Of a stretch of DNA of 64,000 bases, positions 60,601-64,000 are shown piece by piece; position 1 is the stretch's first letter; the number at the start of each line of letters is the position of its first letter. The notes below the pieces were generated by a model. It worked only from the letters and a program-made list of their open reading frames with translations. It was not told the origin of the DNA and searched no databases. Source of the DNA: Macrostomum lignano (Eukaryota); assembly GCA_002269645.1 (NCBI GenBank), contig NIVC01003841.1, positions 10,341 through 74,340 on the forward strand. Direction: 5' to 3'. A program made the translations under genes and the position numbers.

Positions 60601-63600
60601 TCTCCTCATCTCACTCTTTCTTTCTCCTCTACTCTCCCCTCTCTTCTATTGCCTCTGTACGCTCTTATCCCTCATCTATTCTCTCTCCTATCATCTCCAA
60701 TCTGTCATGTCTAATCTCTCCACTCAATTATACTCTGTTTTCTATCATCTCTTCTCTCTTCTCTTTTCAGTCTTCTCTTTACACTCTCTTCTCTGACTGA
60801 TTGAAGATGCCAAATCCATCAAGATCCTCTCCGCGAAGCAAAAATCCTGTCTGTGCAACTAAAAACCATCGAAATCCTCTCAGTGAAACTGGACTCCTTC
60901 GAAATCCTCTCCTTGAAACTTAAATCCATCAAAATTGTTTCCATAAAACAGAAATCAATCATAAATTATCTCCGCGAAACAGAAAGCCTCTCCGTGAAGC
61001 TGAACATGATCGAAATCCTCTCCGTGAAACTGAACACTATGGAAATCCTTTCGTGAAACTGAACACCATCGAAATCCTCTCCACGAAACAGAAATCTTCT
61101 CCGTCAGAATTTAAACATTGAAATCGTCTCCGCTAAACTTGACTTAATCGATTTTTTTCCGTCAAACAACTCTCTCGCCAGATTCATTAGGGTTAGGGTT
61201 AAGGTTTTGGGTTAGGGTTAGGGTTAGAACTACGCACAGCTTCGTGTTAAAAGGCACTGATAAAAATATTGAACTAATTGAATCAATTCATTGCGCAACC
61301 GATTTCACAGTCAGTCAGTATCAGCCTCAGGTAAAGTTAACAAAAACATTGCGCAATCTAAATCAACCCTCCAATACACAGCAGCAGTGAGAAGTTGAAC
61401 CCTCCCCCCAACAATCTTTGCAGATTAAAGTACAATCTTTGCAGAAAGTTAAAAGTATGGAAATCGTTTTTCAAATGCTGTGCTTTTTCTTTTCATATTT
61501 AAAGCAAACAACTTATATCCCCGAACTCAGCGTTGCAAGATCTTGCCAGCAATATAAGTTTCTCCTCTCAAAGTTTAAAACTCGAGGAACAGTTAGCGTT
61601 TGAAACTGTCTGATTTATAGCATTGAAGTATCGAGTGTACGTTCACTGCCTGCTTGCAAGATTGATGCATTGAATTTCAATGTCCAACAAATACACAGGA
61701 CTGCCCATTGAAAGGCAGGAAAACTTATCAGTAGCCATATCATTGCGCAATTATCTATAAAGTCAGCCAGTGAGCCAGGGTCCAAGTGTACACACGCAGC
61801 CACTGAGAACGCTCCCACCCCCCACTGGAAAGAAAATACACTACAGAGATAGGGAAAGGTTGTGGCGCAATCACTAAAAATTCATGCATTTTTCAGCTCC
61901 AAGCAGAAAGAGGGGACAATTAAGATTATCAAAGGTCAAGATTCAAGTTTTCTGCTTTTTTGAGGATCTTAGAAATTAAAATTTCAGAATTAAAATAGCC
62001 TATAGCCGACCTCGGATAATTTCCAATCTTCCCATATAAGTTTCAACGCTGAGTTGCACTATTCAAGGAGGAGTTGTCGAAATGACAGACAGACATACAG
62101 ACAGACATACAGACAGACAAACAACGCGTCAACTTTAGTATATATAGACGAGTGGAACTCCTCCTTCGGAGGAGAAAGGGAAGAACTCCCATCACCGGAA
62201 TTCTATTCCCTGAAATATCCATCAACTGAAATTCCATGTCTTTAACCCTATCTTCCAAATCGTCTCCAAATTCTTTACAAAATCTTTCAAAGACCATTGC
62301 TCAAAGACTCTCAAGTCTCTCCTATCTCCTCTCTCCTCTCTCTCATCTCATCTCTACCCCTGCTCCCTTATTTATCTCTTCTCCCTCGTCTTTCGTCTGT
62401 ACTTTCTCCTGTCTTCTGTCTCCTCTCTTCACTCTTATCTCTCCCTCTTCTCTCCTCTCTCATATGTCATCTCTACTCACTTATCTATCGTCTCTTTAAC
62501 CCTCTCTCTCTCTTCTCTTTCTCTTCTCTCTGCTCTCATTTCTCATATTTCATATACGCTCTGACACTACTTTCTTGTCTCCCATCTTTCTTCCTCCTTT
62601 TCACTATCCCCAGTCTCTTCTCTTCTCTCTTTTCTATTCTCTCCATTCTCTCTTTCTCCTTTCCTTGCTCCTTTCATCTCTCTCCTCTCTCCTCACTCTC
62701 TTCTCCTTTCGCTTCTCTCTCCTCTCTCTCCTCTCATCTTTACTACCTTATTTATATCTTCTCCCAGTCTTTCGTCTGTACTCTCTCCTGTCTCCTCTCT
62801 CCCTGCTCTCTCATCCCTCATCTCCTCATCTCACTCTTCTTTCTCTACTCTCCCCTCTCTTCTATTGCCTCTGTACGCTCTTATCCCTCATCTATTCTCT
62901 CTCCTATCATCTCCAATCTGTCATGTCTAATCTCTCCACTCATTTATACTCTGTTTCTATCATCTCATCTCTCTTCTCTTTTCATTTTCTCTTTACTCTC
63001 TTCTCTGACTGATTGAAGATGCCAAATTCATCAAGATCCTCTCCGCGAAGCAGAAATCCTGTCTGTGCAACTGAAAACCATCGAAATCCTCTCCGTGAAA
63101 CTGGACTCCTTCGAAATCCTCTCCTTGAAACTTAAATCCATCAAATAGTCTCCATAAAACAAGAAATCAATCATAAATTATCTCCGCGAAACAGAAAGCC
63201 TCTCCGTGAAGCTGAACATCATCGAAATCCTCTCCGTGAAACTGAACACCATCGAAATCCTTTCCACGAAACTGAACAACCATCGAAATCCCTCTCCACG
63301 AAACAGAAATCCTCTCCGTCAAAATTAAAACATTGAAATCGTCTCCGCTATACTGGACTCAATCGAATTTTTTTCGTCAAACAACTCAACTCTTCGGATT
63401 CATTGGTTTAGGTTAGGGTTAGGGTTAGAACTACGCACAGCTTCGTGTTAAAAGGCACTGATAAACTATTGAACTAATTGAATCAATTCATTGCGCTACC
63501 GATTTCACAGTCAGTCAGTCAGTATCAGTCGCAGTTAAAGTTAACAAAAACATTGCGCAATCTAAATCAACCGCTCCAATACACAGCAGCAGTGAGAAGT

Positions 63601-64000
63601 TGAACCTCCCCAACTTTATCTATTACGTCTTGCAAACTGAGTACGATTATTGCAAAAAAGTTAAAAAGTATGGAAATAGTTTTCAAATGCTGTGCTTTTT
63701 CTTTTCATATATTAAAGCAAACAACTTATATCCCCGAACATCAGCGTTGCAAGATCTTCCAGCAATATAAGTTTCTCCTCTCAAGTTTTAAAACTCGAGA
63801 ACAGTTAGCGGTTTTGGAAACTGTTGATTTATAGCATTGAAGTATCGAGTGTACGTTCACTGCCTGCTTGCAAGTTGATGCATTGAATTTCAATGTCCAA
63901 CAAATACACAGGGGCTGCCCATTGAAAGGCAGGAAAACTTATCCAGTAAGCCATATCATTGCGGCAATTATCTTATTAACAGTCAGCAGTGAGCCAGGGT
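50235..64000 (-). mobile_element. Head-to-tail array of six 1.5-2.8 kb Helitron-like composite units carrying (TTAGGG)n, CT-rich tracts and about 31 bp subrepeats
   Basis: Junction AACTTTAGTAT(ATATAG)A|CGAGTGGAACTCCTCCTTCGGAGGAG at 51762, 54579, 57138, 59922 and 62149, with a variant at 50235. On the minus strand this is a hairpin CTCCTCC-GAA-GGAGGAG, then CTCG, then TCTATATATACTAAAG plus (GTCT)n. Confidence 0.75.
53637..53667 (+). repeat. Interstitial telomeric repeat (TTAGGG)5; equivalents at about 50750, 56190, 58595, 61190 and 63410
   Basis: Occurs at the same position in every array unit. Confidence 0.9.

Noticed and set aside
51687-62297. Recurrent about 80 aa ORF MVFERFCKEFGDD... in the array units
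   Set aside because: It crosses the unit junction, has no Rep/helicase motifs, and recurs only because the units are near-identical.
53637-63427. True chromosome end at the TTAGGG tracts
   Set aside because: Tracts are only 3-5 repeats long and are internal to repeated units.

Overview
Repeat-rich animal (metazoan) genomic DNA with spliceosomal genes. GC-rich exons, minisatellite-filled introns and TTAGGG tracts suggest a free-living flatworm such as Macrostomum; this is inference and was not verified. From left to right: the decayed 3' end of a BEL/Pao LTR retrotransposon; a short candidate first exon of a divergent minus-strand gene; a complete 6-exon ERCC8/CSA WD40 gene; an intronless class A GPCR; a 7-8 exon PAP2/PLPP-family gene that has lost its catalytic histidines; a truncated, frameshifted UNC-45 (UCS domain) copy containing two tRNA-derived CORE-type SINEs and a perfect hairpin intron; an intronless caspase-like locus with three frameshifts; chains of small non-autonomous Helitrons; and, from 50.2 kb to the end, six head-to-tail 1.5-2.8 kb Helitron-like units each carrying a (TTAGGG)n tract. 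Nearly every intron holds its own minisatellite, and one array is built from the splice donor itself. A Penelope-type minimal hammerhead ribozyme motif lies in ERCC8 intron 5. Exon structures were assembled by hand from splice sites, phase and protein motifs. Coordinates are hand-counted; repeat edges are approximate. No database searches were run.
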